A DNA stretch of 64,000 bases. Origin: Cyanophora paradoxa CCMP329. Taxonomy: Eukaryota > Plantae > Glaucophyta. Shown here piece by piece: positions 37,601-49,806 of the stretch (its first letter is position 1; each line of letters starts with the position of its first letter). A program made the translations under genes and the position numbers. Location of the stretch: positions 1 through 64,000 of the forward strand of contig QPMI01000489.1 of NCBI GenBank assembly GCA_004431415.1, given 5' to 3'. The notes beneath the pieces were generated by a model, which ran no database searches, was not told the origin of the DNA, and was given only the letters and a program-made list of their open reading frames with translations.

Positions 37601-40600
37601 CGTCGCCGCCCGGCGAGGCACCGGTCTTCGAAACCTTCCTCTTGGGAATCGATCCGGGTCTTCGCACTTCTAAACCGTGATTTCAACCACTTCTAAACCG
37701 TGATTTCTCACCTTCTAATTATAACGTTCAAGTGGATATATTTATCGATATCAAGAAAGGGGGCGGGCGGGCGGACGAGGAGGCGCCCCTCGAGGGGCTG
37801 GGGGACGACGGCCACGCAGCTCTCGCGCTTCACCGCGTACGCCATGTGCGGCACCTGCCGGCCCCGGCCGCGGCAATTGCTATCAGCGAGGGTAGTCCCT
37901 CCTGCACAGCTGCAGCTCCGATCCAGCTTCCAATCCAGCGCACCGCCTCGGCAATGCGGCCGGCGTGCCAGAGGGCGAACCCGGCGTCCCAGTGGCGCCG
38001 GCAGACCAAAAGCCGCGCCGCCACCTGCGCGCGCGTGCGCCGAGCCACGTTTTAAATTTGAATTTGGCACCGGCCACGTTTTTAAAAAAGCCTTTCCGCG
38101 GGGCGGGGCGGGGCGGGCCGGGCCGCACGGCGCTGCCGGCGTCGGCGAGGCGGCGGAGCTCGCCGCAGTTGAAGTGATCGTCCAGCTTCAGCGTGTGCGG
38201 CAGCTGCGATCGGGGAACCCGGCGCGGCCCGCGGGCCGGCCCGGCCCGGTCAGATCGGTATTTGAAAAGAACATCTACTGGCCTGAATTTGAAAGCATGG
38301 AACGGCACCCACAAAATTGAATAGAAGCGATCAGATGTAAATCTAAAGCCCCGAGCGGATTTTGGAGCTCGCACCGATGGTGGCTCTGGAGGGGGCCCGA
38401 CGGGCGCGCCGCCGCTCGAGCTCGCGATCCCCAGCACCTGTCGACGCCGATCGGACGGCGAATTAAACGTTAATCAGCGGAGAAGAAACGATATGAGGGA
38501 GGAGAAGGGGTACAGGTCGGGGCGGACCACCCGCTCCAGGCGGCTCGCGAGGCCGCCCGCCGCGTCCCCAGCGCCGCCCCCCAGCCCCTGCTGCGCCTAC
38601 GCCGGCGCCGGCGCGGAAGATGCATGTTAGATCCAAAGATCAGATCCCGTCTTCAGAGATCTAGAGAGTCAGAGTCTTAAATCTCATTAGAAGCTTCTAG
38701 TAAAGAAGGCGGGCCTCGAAGAGTGTGGCGCGCTGCGCGAGCTCCTCCCTCAGCGACGCCTGCGCGTGCGCCGCGGCCGGGGGCAGTCGTCAGCGCGGCC
38801 CGTGCGAATTAGCAGTCCGCTTAAGCTTGGCTAGTGCAAAGAAGACGGGACCAGGACCGGAGCGATCGACGGCCCTTCGACTAGACCGGGCGCGGGGGGC
38901 GCATACGCACCAGGGCGGGCTCCCGCTCGGCCTTGCGCGCCGCCCAGCGCGCCCAGCGCCGCGCCGCCTCCTCGTCCTGCGCACCCAATCGCAATTGCAA
39001 GCGTTCGCTTCAATTGATGCGAACGCTTAATTGAAGCATTAATGGAAGCGAAGGAGGAATCGGCGTCCAGGGGGCACGCGTGTGGCCAGGGGGCACACTA
39101 GAGAGGCAGGGGGCACACTAGAGGCCAGGCCCCGGGGGCACGCGTATATATGGCGAAATACTAGTGCGCCAGGTCTTTGAGGGGGATGCGGAGCGGAGTG
39201 CGCACTAGGTTATGCGTGTGGCGGAGTGCGCCAGGTCTATGAGCGGGCAGGGCGAGGGGGCAGGGCGAGGGCGAGGGCGAGGTGGCAGGGCGAGGGCGAG
39301 GGCGAGTGCGAGGGCGGAGCTCGAGCGGGCCGGGCCCGGCCCGGCCGGGCCACGACCCGAAATTCCGAAATTCCGGCGCACCCGCTCGGTGCCAGAGCCG
39401 GCCGCGTACATCTGGGCGACAAGGACCCCCGCCGGCGTGTACTCTGCCGCCGACGGCCGCGGGGATTCAAGGTGAGAAGCTTTAGACGCAGCGACAACGG
39501 CGATTGCAAGCCAATCAAAGATTAAATCCCTATCGGTAGAAGCGCAAGCTTAAGCTTAAAAGGCGGGGCCCGCCGGCGGCCCGGCGCACCGCGGATGGCG
39601 GCGTGCTTCGCCCAGCGGAACGCCCGCCCCGCGTCCCGCTCCACCCGCCGCTCCTCCGGCAGCTGCGCGCGCACGTGCGATCAGAGGCGAGGAGAGAGAG
39701 TCGGATTAGATTTAGAACAGGAGCGTCGAATTCAAACAGAGATCTCATGATCAGCCAGAGATCGAGGCGGCGTCGACGTCGAGCCATAGCCGGTTAAGTT
39801 TAACTATTTCAGGGCGCACGTCTACGTACCCCCGGCTCGGAGCCGCCCCAGAGGAGGACTGCGCAGTTGTAGGAGGCGTTGGCGTCGCCCCGCGCCGCCA
39901 GCCCCTCCAGCAGCTCTGCCCCGGCCCGCTTCAGAGGAGTCGGGAGTCGGAGGGCGGGCGGGCGGGTGGGTGCGCGACCCGTCCCGCCCCGACCCGTCAA
40001 ACGTGAAGTTTAAGTCGTCGGAGGCCTAGCTATAGGGCGGGCGGGCGGGCGGGCGGGCGGGGGCGCACCGAGGGCCTTCTTCGGGTCCTTTGGCGCGCCG
40101 TCCTTCCCGTACTGCGCACCCGCCGGCGCCTCAGAGAATTTATTAATAGCGCGAATTAATAGCCCGAATTTATTAATAGCGCGAAGACTGGATCCGCTAT
40201 ATGATTTGATTGGATCTAAGTTGTACGTATTATCAGTTGCTCTAAGGCGGGTTCCCGTCTTTATTATATGCCTAACGAGGACGCGCCATGTACGCCATGG
40301 CGAGGGCGGAGGCGGCGACGGCGTCCGCCGGGTCGGCGGCCGCCGCGGCCCCCAGGTGCTGCAGCGCGGCGCGCGCAGGCGCAGGTCAGAGTGCAGACCG
40401 GGCCGGGGCGTGGGAGAAAAGTGAAGGAAATTTGAAGGAAAGGGGGAGGGTACCTTGAAGGAGGAGTCGGCGTCCAATGAGAGGGCGGCCAGCGCCCGCG
40501 AGGCCGTCGCGAAGCCCTGCGCTCCCGCCGCGTTTCAAGGTTTTAATTATAAGGTTTTAAGCCTTTGAAGCGCGCGACTCGCGGCGAATTAAAACATATT

Positions 40601-43180
40601 CAGATTTCGATGTTGGGCGAGTCCCATAGTCAGGGCAATAACATATATAGTTCGATGTAGGGCAAATTCGAAGCGAGGGACAGATCGATCTAGGGCCGGA
40701 TGCCAGAAGCCTGGTCACAAATAATACTCGCGCCTCTTTAATTTCAAGCTGCTAACGGACTCGAATTCTAGATCTATGCATATGATCGGAGATGCGGACC
40801 TGGGCGGCGGCGGCGGCGTAGAGCGCGCGGGCGCGGGCGAGGTCCACGGGCCCCCCCTCGCCCCGCTCGAGCATCAGGCCCAGGTTGAACTGCGCGCGAG
40901 CGGGGCGGCGGCGGCCGGTTCAGAGGTGCGGGGGCTCTCCATTCTGCTTCCCGCGGCCGCCTTCTCCTTTCGCTTCTTATTCGCTCGATCGCATACATAT
41001 GCATCCTCGTGCGACGTCGAAGAGCTCTCATGTTATGCTCTCCATTGGAACGCTAGCGGTGCAGCGGACGCGGTCGGACCTGGGCGGTGGAGAGGCCGAA
41101 CTCGGAGACGGCGCGCTGGAGCCAGGCGCGGGCCCCCTCGAAGTCCTGCGGCCGGCCCGACCCGGCGGCGGCGTCGGCGGCGGCGACGGCGATTAATTTT
41201 GAGAAGAGCGGCGCGCGCGCGCGAGCAGCGCGGAAAGCGGCTGTCGCGAAAAGCGCACCGCCGGCTGGCCCAGGTCGTCCCTCCGGAGGAGCTGGCGACC
41301 GCGAGCAAGAAGGCGATTAAGATTGCGAGGGGCGATCCGAGACGGGCCGGGCCCGGGGCGCGGTCCGGCGATCTAGATCTAGAGCGGTGGGGTGGGCCAG
41401 GCCGGCTCACCTCGCCCATCCCGTTCATCGCACGCGCCTGCGACCCGTCCCGCGTGCCTTCCGACGAGACCGGACCCGATCAGCAATCCCGGGGCGGGGC
41501 GAAGCCGAGCCGGGAGGGGGGGGGGTGGGGGGGGGGGGGGGGGGGGGGGCGCCGACCCGCCTCGGCGCCCCGCCGGCACCACTCGAGCGCCTTCGCCCGG
41601 TCCGCCCGCGGCACGCCCACGCCGTCCCTGTAGGTGGCCGCCAGTGCCACGCACGCGCTGCGGGGGCGCCTCATTATCAGCGGATCCGGAGCCGATCGAA
41701 AGCTCAAGATCGAGACGATTAATCTAGGTATGGGGACTCGTTGTCAAGGGACGGGCTTGTGATTAATCAATCTAGATGTAGGGATTTAAGCTTAAGCTTG
41801 GGCTAGATCTAGGTCTACATCTCTGTTAATCCTCGACTTTAATATATACATATATACGCACTCGACGACGCCGGGGTTGGGGACGTGCCCCTCTACGATC
41901 CACGCCGGCTGCTCCGCCGCTCTCTGGTCACGATCGCGATCGCGGGGGTTCAATTCGATCGAATTCGAACTCGAAGGGCGCGAATGCAGAGGATGGGCGG
42001 GCGCGCACTTTGAGCCAGGCGACGGCCTCCTCGGGGGCGAGGGGGAGGTCCCCGGGGCCCCCGGGGCCAGGCTCCAGCAGCATCGCCCCCAACTCGAACT
42101 GGGCGGCGGCGCGGCCGTCCCGATCAGGCCGGGCCGGGCCGGAGGCCTAGCCTCGAGGGAGGCGCCGACGGGGCGGGGCGGGGCGGGGCGGGCGGGGCGG
42201 GCTTCAAGAAGCTTCTAGAAGCTCTCGTCCCGTTCTAGCAAGGAGGAGCCGCAAGCGGGGCTGGGCCGAGCCGCGCTGGCCGTCGGTCTAGGCGTCCCGC
42301 GATCAGGCCGGGGAGGATCGAGCTCGAGGGAGGCGCCGGCCCGGTGGCGGCCCGGGCGGGCCAGAAGCCGTAAGAAGCTTCTAGAAGCTCTCGCCCCGTT
42401 ATTGAAGCTCAAGCACTCAGACGCTTCTAGAAGCTCTCGACCCGTTCTTGAAGCCTAAAGAAGTTTCTAGAAGCTCTAGTCCCGTTCTAGACCGGCGGAG
42501 ATCGATCGTCCGGGCCGGGCGCAGGCGCACCTGGGCCTGGGCAAGGCCATCCTCCGCCGCCGCCCGCAGCAGCTCCGCCGCCCGCCTGCGGCTCGCCTTT
42601 CGCCCCTGCGCGCCCCGCCCGCCCGTCTAAGCCAGCCAAGGCAAGTCTAGTCTAAGCGAGGGCGGGCGAGCGGCCGCGGGAGCGTGGGCGGGGGCGGGGG
42701 CGGGGGCGGCGGCGCGCCTGGAGGCCGCTCGCCGCCAGGCGGGCCTCCTGCAACGCTCCCGAGAGCGCGTGCCTGCGCGCGGCGACGAGGGTGAGCACAG
42801 CGGAGCCGCGCCGGCCATCGGGCTGTGATTATGAGTAGGTGAGGGCGGCCATTGAGGGCGGTGTGGGGCGGGGCAGTCGGCCATTCAGAGCGGAGCGGAT
42901 GGTGATTATTATGGCGACGCAGGCGGTGCTAAGCGGGGCCGAGCTGGCCGTCGGCCCAGGCGAGTGAGTGGGGGCGGGGCGCGCCTCTCGAAGGTGGCCA
43001 TCAGCTTCTTCTGCGCCTCCGTCATCCGCCCCATCGCCCTGCGAGAAGATCGCGAGCGTGAGGGGCCTCGGGCCGGGCGCGTTTCTGGTTTCTACTAGGG
43101 GCCGACTGGGCGGGGCCGGGCGGGGCGCGCTCTCGGAGGGCAGGGCGGGGCGCGTTTCTGGTTTCTAGAGAGAGGAGGAG

Positions 43181-43230
<50 letters not shown>

Positions 43231-45420
43231 GGCGCTTTTCTGGTTCATAGGGGCGGGGCGGGGCGCGCTCCTAGGGGCGGGGTGGGGCGGGGCGCGTTTC
43301 TAGAGGCGGGCCGGGCGGGGCCGGGCGGGGCGCGCTCTCGGAGGGCGGGGTCGGCGGGGTCGATGCGTGGCGAGGCCTCCGCGATGCGCGCCAGGCTCGC
43401 CTCCTCGTGCGCCCCGGGCCGCCGCCCCTGCGCATGCGCGCCCGCCGTCACGATCGATCAGCGAGCGGTAGATTCTTTCGGGCAAAGCTCTGAGTACGCT
43501 GGGCTTGAAGCCATTCATCTAAGAGCGCTAGGCTTAGCGTGCGCCGGGGCCGGAAGAAGGGATGCATAGGGGTGGGGTTAGGCGCCGGCCTCCGAGGCCC
43601 CATAGCTAGCTATAGCTAATGGCACTTATTGCATTTAGTTAGCCTTGTAACCGGCGCGGAACGGGTCGCGAAACGAAATCCTAGTAGCCATAACGAAAGC
43701 CCTAGTAAATGATAGCGCTTATGATTAAGTATCGCTTTCGTTAGGGACGGGCGGGGCGCGCCTTGGCTGCGACGGCGGCGCGCATGCTGGCCGCCCGCTC
43801 GCGCACCGCCTCGGGGTCCTGCGGGGAGGGCTCAGGTGAGTCTGATGATCAGGAGAGTGAGACGCCGAGGGCTTCGAGGGAGGCGGGGCGCCCCCGCTAG
43901 CAAGCTTGAGACCCTTCTAGCCTTAGCCTTAAGCTTAGAGTCTTAAGCGGGGCGGGGCGGGGCGGGGCGGGGCGGGGCGGGGCGGGGCGGGGCGGGGCGG
44001 GGCGGGGCGGGCGGGGCGGGGCGGGGCGGGCGGGGCGGGGCGGGGCGGGGCGGGGCGGGGCGGGCCTCGCAGGCCCTGGGCCCCTCCAGCGCCAGCGCCC
44101 GCTCGAACTCCGCCAGCGCCTCGTCCGGCCTGGGGGAAGGGGGTGGGGGTGGGGGGGGGGGTTAGGAGGGTAAAAGAGTGAAGGGGGGGGGGTAGGCGGA
44201 CCGATCGAGGCCGGCCAGCGCCTCGGCTGCGGCAGCAGTGGGACCGAGGAGGGGGGGGGGGATGAGGGGCGGAGGGGTACTGCGGACCGGCGCGGATGAC
44301 GGGCTTGGCCCAGCCGCGGTCGAGCTGCGGGGCTCTGAGCAGGGGGGGAGGAAGCGAGAGGTGGGTACGGCACCCGGGCGGCCTGCCGGGCGGACGCGAG
44401 GGCCTCCCGGAAGAGCGATAGCTGAAGCAGCGCGGCGGCCCTGCGGGGGTACTCGATTTAGGAGGGGGAAGACAGGGGGGGTAGGGCGCGCGCGCCTGTT
44501 GGAGGGGTACTTCGCCTCTTTCGGCGCGAGGCGCGCCGCCGCGCCGTAAAGCGCCGCCGCCTCTGCGAATCTGAGAGGGTGGGGAGGGGGGGGGGAGAAA
44601 TCAGTGGGCGCGAGGTGGCGGGACGGGGGTACGCAGCGCAGCGGGGCTCGCGCCTGCCGGCCTTGAGGGCGGCGGTACCCCGCGCGTTGGCGTCCTCGGC
44701 GGTCTCCGGGGAGGGCCCCAGGGCGCCCTTTGCGAGGGCCGCCTCTGCCTCTTCCAGCGACAGGGCGGCCCGCCGCTCCTCCCGCCCCCGGCTCGGGCCC
44801 GCCGGCTTCGAATTCGAGGCCGGCGCCGGCGCCGCGGCCGCCGCCGCCTTGGAGAGGAAGACGATGTCCTGGGCGACGTCGACCCGCAGCGCCCGCGACC
44901 CGTCGCTCGCCGTCTTGAGGAAGGGGCTGCGGCGCGCGCGGCGTCGGCGCGGCGCGCAGGGCGGGCGCGGTGGGATTGCAGCGCACCGCGCGATGCAGAG
45001 CGCCTTTCCGCGGGAGAAGACGGCAGCCGGGTCCACTCCGCCGCCCAGGGAGCGCGCCGCCTCGAGGCTAGCGCCGGCGAACGCGACGGGAACGACCTCG
45101 CCGCTCTCGCTGCACTCGAAGACGCTCATGACGTTCCTCATCGTGACTGGCTCCTCGATGAGCGCCCCGCGGACGTAGCGGTCGCCCGGCGGCGCCGCGT
45201 CCACTCGCAGATCGCTCAGCGGAATCGGCCGCAGCTTCGCCAGGCGCTCCTCCGCGCCGAACGCGGCCCGCGAGCGGCCTCCGCCGCCGCGACCCGTCCC
45301 GTTGCCGAAATCCACGGTGCCCATAGGAATGCCAGCCGCCCGGAGCGCCCGCGTCTGCTCGAGGACTGCGCGGTGCCGCTGGATGACGGCCTGCCGGCGC
45401 TGCTCGAGCTCCCGACTCAT
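34691..45420 (-). CDS. Large multi-exon TPR - Sel1-like repeats - TPR - MYND zinc finger protein
   Basis: Start MSRELEQRR (ATG 45420); TPR ANARGTAALKAG|RFAEAAALYGAAARLAPKEAKYPSNR; Sel1 AQFELGAMLL..AVAWLK, ALAATYRDGVGVPRADRAKALEWCRRGAEAG, AQFNLGLMLERGEGGPVDLARARALYAAAA, ASYNCAVLLW, VAQMYAAGSGTER|DEEAARRWARWAA. Exons continue into LPHTLKLDDH (38205) and MYND (stop 34691). One phase mismatch near 38600 and homopolymer shifts mean it could be two genes. Confidence 0.7.
37417..37714 (+). mobile_element. 298-bp non-LTR/SINE-like insertion in an intron
   Basis: 14-bp TSD CTAATTATAACGTT at 37403-37416 and 37715-37728; empty paralogous site at 30487-30500; terminal tandem CACTTCTAAACCGTGATTTC x2. Strand inferred from the tail. 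Confidence 0.88.
43183..43227. repeat. Poly-G tract (45 nt), intronic
   Basis: Direct read; another G25 tract at 15167-15191. Confidence 0.9.
43948..44064. repeat. (GGGGC)n microsatellite, intronic
   Basis: Direct read. Confidence 0.95.
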
Positions 45421-45532
45421 CGCTGCTCGAGTGGGCGCGTCGGAGCGAGTGTACGCGCAGCGCTCGCCCAACGTTCACCGGACGTTGCCCCGTATACGCG
45501 TACCCCCGTCCCACAGTTTGCCATACCCAAGG

Positions 45533-47298
45533 ATGGCGGCCTTCGTCAGTTTCGCGCTGCCCGCCGCGGGCCTAGCGGCGCCCTCCTCCGGTGAGTGATG
45601 CTGCCCAGCCGTAAGCGGCCGCGACCTCCCTAACCGCCTGCACAGCGTCCGCCGTGCTCTGCCAGCCCCGCACGCTCGGGGCCCGCTCGGCCTCCAATGA
45701 GACGGTGCTGCGTCGCACGTTCCTTCACGGCGCCGACGCCAAGCTCCTCGGCGGCCCTAGGTTCCTTGCCGTCGGCACGCGGTGGGCGTCTCCCGCCTTC
45801 CCGCCCATCGCCGGCCGCGGCCGCGCCGTTCTTCGGCATTGCTGACATCGGAAGCAGCGCTCTGCCGCTCCGCGTGGTCGCCACTGGCGAGGACGCGCCG
45901 TCGGACACGGAAGATGCGGGCGAGAGCTCTTACTTCAAGCCCCGCCACCACAGCCACGCGGCGGAGGTCGCCACGCCTCCGGAGCTGCCGTCCTCGACGG
46001 CCAAGAACCTCCTGCTGGACGAGATCGCGAGCAGCGACGGCGGCCTCGGCGCCTCCGCCTCGAAGCGCGCCGCCGTCGAGGAGGCCCGTGCCACGCGCCG
46101 CGCGCCGCCTCAGCTTCCGCTGACGCGTCGCGCAGGCTGTCGCTGAGCTTGTCCAGTCGACGCCCTCCACTTTCGCCCTCGACTCCATGTGCGCTAAGCT
46201 TTGCCTCGATCCCTCGCCCCTGTCCCCGCGCGCCCCGCCGACCCGGCCCGGCGCCCGCCCGTCCGCCCGCCCGCCCGGACGCACGCAGGTCCGGTCTGAC
46301 GGGGCAGTGGCGGTTCGCGTGGACCAGCGACCGTCGCGTGCTCGCCACCCGCCGCCTTCTCGAGTCCGGCAAGCCCTTCGGCGTCCAGGTACCCCCCTCC
46401 CACTTCTTCCCCCACATGCCTCTCCTTGACCCCGCAAAGGCGAACGACGTTCTTCTCGACATCGACGGCCCCAGCATGCGCGCCGAGGGGCTGGTGCGCT
46501 TTCGCTGTGCCCCCGTCCGCCCCGCCCCCCAAAGACCGGGATCGAATCCTCCGGATCGAATTTCAGGTCTCGGTCAAGCTCCCGGCGGGCGTGAAGGTCG
46601 AGACCCGCGTCGGCGTCGACTACCGGAAGGAGTCCGGCAAGCGGTCCGCGCCCGTACCCCCCCTCGTCCGATCCCCCCTACCCCCTTTTGAATCGGCCGT
46701 ACCCCGCAGGCTCGAGGAGGCGTACAGCTCCGTCGCATTCATGTCGAACCTCTCGAGCGCCGACGGCGTCCAGGTGCGAAGGCATACCCCTCCCAGGAGA
46801 AAGAATTGACTCTGATCCCGCACCCCAGATCCCCGAGACCCTGCCCGGCGGCGCCCAGCTGCAGCAGCTCGCGGGGGCGGTGCGCCCAACCCCCCGACCT
46901 AGCGCGCCCCTCACGCCCTGCGTTTGACGTTCGCGTACCCCCCGCAGCTCCTGAACACTGCCGGCACGCTCCTCCGGCGCCTCGAGGTCCCCCTGGGTAC
47001 CCCCGCCGCCTTCGCGCAATGGTGTACCCCCGCGGCGCGCGCTCACGTACCCCCAGAGGGCCGCTACAAGCGGCAGCTGGTCGTCCTCTACGCGGACGAG
47101 GACATGATCGTGAGCCGCTCGCAGAACGGCTCGCTTGACGTCCTCCTGAAGGTGCCCCGCCCCCCCGAAGATGATTCGATCCGGATCGAATTCGAATTTG
47201 ATCCGCAGGTGTCGGACGAGACGTCCGTGGGGAGCCGCGAGGTCGCCGCCGACGAGCCGGCGCGCACCGTCGAGATCCCCATCGACTACGACAGCTGA
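45533..47298 (+). CDS. Plastid-targeted PAP/fibrillin family protein (multi-exon)
   Basis: Transit peptide MAAFVSFALPAAG..RRTFLHG; AKNLLLDEIASSDGGLGAS..VEE|AVAEL; LTGQWRFAWTS; C-terminal LYADEDMIVSRSQNGSLDVLLK; stop at 47296-47298. Confidence 0.85.
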
Positions 47299-48284
47299 GC
47301 TGAGCGGCGCGCGGCGCTCGCTTGGCTTGCAGCTCGGCTCACAGCCGCTTTATCCCGCCCTTACAACAGTGCCGTTCGCTCCTCTCCAAGGCCCATGGGC
47401 CCGCACCTGTTACTGCTACAGCGATTGCTAGCGAGCTGAGATCTAGGGGCTCGGTTGGCTTGTCCAAGTTCGGGGGTGGGGGTGGACTCCGGGAGGCGCG
47501 GCTCCCTGCCCGGCAGCCGGGCCTGGGGCTCAGCAGCTGGCGGGCCCCACCCAGCCTGGCCCCACGAGAGGTTCGGCCTTCGGCCTCTGCTCTGCACAAT
47601 ATCGATCGCGTAATCGCGCGACCGCGGGCGATCGCTCGCGCGGCGGCCGAGCTCAGCATGGCAGCGGCTCGACTCAGTAGCGCCCGCGGCGGCGTAGCTG
47701 CGGGCCGGCCTAGGCCTGCGGCGAGCGCGCCGCGATCGAGCGCCGGTCCCGCGCCCGCGCGCGTCCGCGCGGCAGATCGACGCCGGCATGCGCAGTGGGC
47801 CGGCCGCTCGCGAGTCCGACGCGACGGTCGCGAATCTCGCGATCGAGCCGGCGAGCGCCGGACCCGTCCCGCGGTGACGCGCGCGTCACCGCCGGCCGTC
47901 AGAACCGAACGGTGCCGGTAGCCCCCGCGGATCCGCAACCGCGCGGCCACAGGATCGGATCTGCCTTTCAGTTCTTTATCGGCGCACGCGCGCCAGCTCG
48001 CCGAATCCAGAGAAGCGCGAACGCCTCCTCTTCCCTCAACTTCTACAGCAGCAGCAGCCGCTGAGCAGGTAGTAACGCAGGAGCGCGGTTATCGCTTTAA
48101 ACGCCACTGGCCCAGCTACCACGCTTAAGGCTATCGCCTTCTTCTTAAGCGCATGCAAAGATAGCCTCGTGCACTTATACGTACGGCGGTCTCGGTGGCC
48201 CGAAACCAGCATTGGCGGCAGGCGAGCAAGTGCATGTCAGGCATCGGCGAGGGACGGCGATCCAGGCAAGGGTCGGCTGTCAGG

Positions 48285-49806
48285 ATGAGTAGGAACCAAC
48301 AGGTCGGCCGACGAGTGCCGACGTCCTCTCTCCCTTTCGTCCCTCTAGCGGGCGAGACGGTGAGCATCTGGTTACGCCCCCGCACACACGCACGCTCCTG
48401 CTGACATAGGCGCGCTCTCTTCCTTGCCATGCCAGGTGTACCATCAGGTCTGCTGCTGCCTAAGAGACCTATCCACTCCCTCGGCACCCCGCCCTGACGC
48501 CCGCCGCTCGCCACAGGCCCGGGAATGTCAATTCGACGTGGAGACGTCCGTGGGCCCGATCATTCGGTTCTTCGGGACTTGCTTCGTGTCATACAGGTTC
48601 GCCACATCTCGCGCAGAAGCGCCGGCCGTTCCTGATGCGTATGTCGTCGCGCAGGCGTATCGTTATGGTGGAGGTCCCGCGGCTCGAAGAGGCCTCCAGC
48701 TCGCATCCGCGGATCATATCCATTCCGTTGGTGCGTGCTCGCGAGGCGATCGACGGGGCTTTCGTGCGCGTAATGCTCACTTTTGATCGCAGGAGGTCGT
48801 CGACGAGGAGACTATCTCGAACGACTACAGCGCGCCGCGGGAGCAGCAGATGATCTCGTTCAAATCCCTCGACTACGAGGCACCGGCCGTGTACATCGTG
48901 CGCTGCCTCCTGGCCGATCGCGGGAAGGCGGAGGCTGCGCTCGTGCGGACGTACCTCGTTCTGCTGGCGCGCCTCTGCGCGACGCGGTTCCGGCCGGAGA
49001 TCATGGAGCAGCACTCGGGTCAGGACGTGCAGGTCTTCGACGGCGAGGAAGCCGACTCGGCTTCGGCGGCGGCGGCGGCGGCGCGGCCGCCGCGGCCGCC
49101 GCCGCCGCGGCGCGCCGGGCGCCCAACGCTGACGGGCGGTTTCGTGGCGGGACTCCGCGGCCTGCTCCGCGGCTCCCGCGGTCCGCCCGCTCAGGCGGCG
49201 CCGCCCGCCCCGCCTCCGGCGCCGGCGCCCCAGCCGCCGCCTCAGCCCGCGCCTGCAGCACCGGCGCAGCCGGCCGAGGCGGCGGCGGCGGCGTCGCCCG
49301 CGCCGTGCCGCGTGGAGGAGGAGGAGGAGAAGCTCCGGTTGCAGCCGGCGGCTGCCTCCTCTTCTTCTTCGCCCCCCGCTTGCTCTTCGGGCCCGCCGAC
49401 GGCGCGGAAGACTCGGCCGGCGTCGCTCTCGGATGTGGCGGGGGGCGAATCCGTCGAGCTCAAGCTCCCGATGGTCGACATGGACAGCGGCCGCCTCTGC
49501 TACGTCAGACAGGCACGCAAACGAACATTTGATCCGCTCGGAATTCGAATTCGAAGCCAGCTGGCCTGCTCGCTGACTTCGAAAAACGCGCAGCGCATCG
49601 AGCCGCGCCGGGCCGCCTTTGTAGACGCCCGCACCGGAGACATCTTCCTCGCCGCCGAGCCACGGGCCGCCCTCGAGAAGCTGGCGGCGCAGGCGTCGGG
49701 GCAGGCGGCGCTCCCGTGCGGGCCGCTCGCCCGGCGCTACAGCGGCGTGGACGTGCAGCGGGCCCTTCGCCAGATGCGCCAGCTGGCCTCGCTCTGCCCC
49801 GCGTAG
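48285..49806 (+). CDS. Hypothetical protein (multi-exon, Pro/Ala-rich middle); start uncertain
   Basis: Long ORF 48850-49806 with host-like codon usage and spliceable upstream exons. No family recognised. Confidence 0.6.

Larger units (their letters stand above)
22459..38215. repeat. Tandem segmental triplication (offsets 5390 and 6798 bp)
   Basis: Identical ORFs at 22594/27984/34782. 24463-27351 matches ~31668-34554; 29852-31450 matches ~36575-38215 (diverged). Confidence 0.97.

Noticed and set aside
43183-43227. Poly-G and homopolymer frameshifts as programmed features
   Set aside because: Run lengths differ among near-identical duplicates in the way expected from slippage or long-read error.
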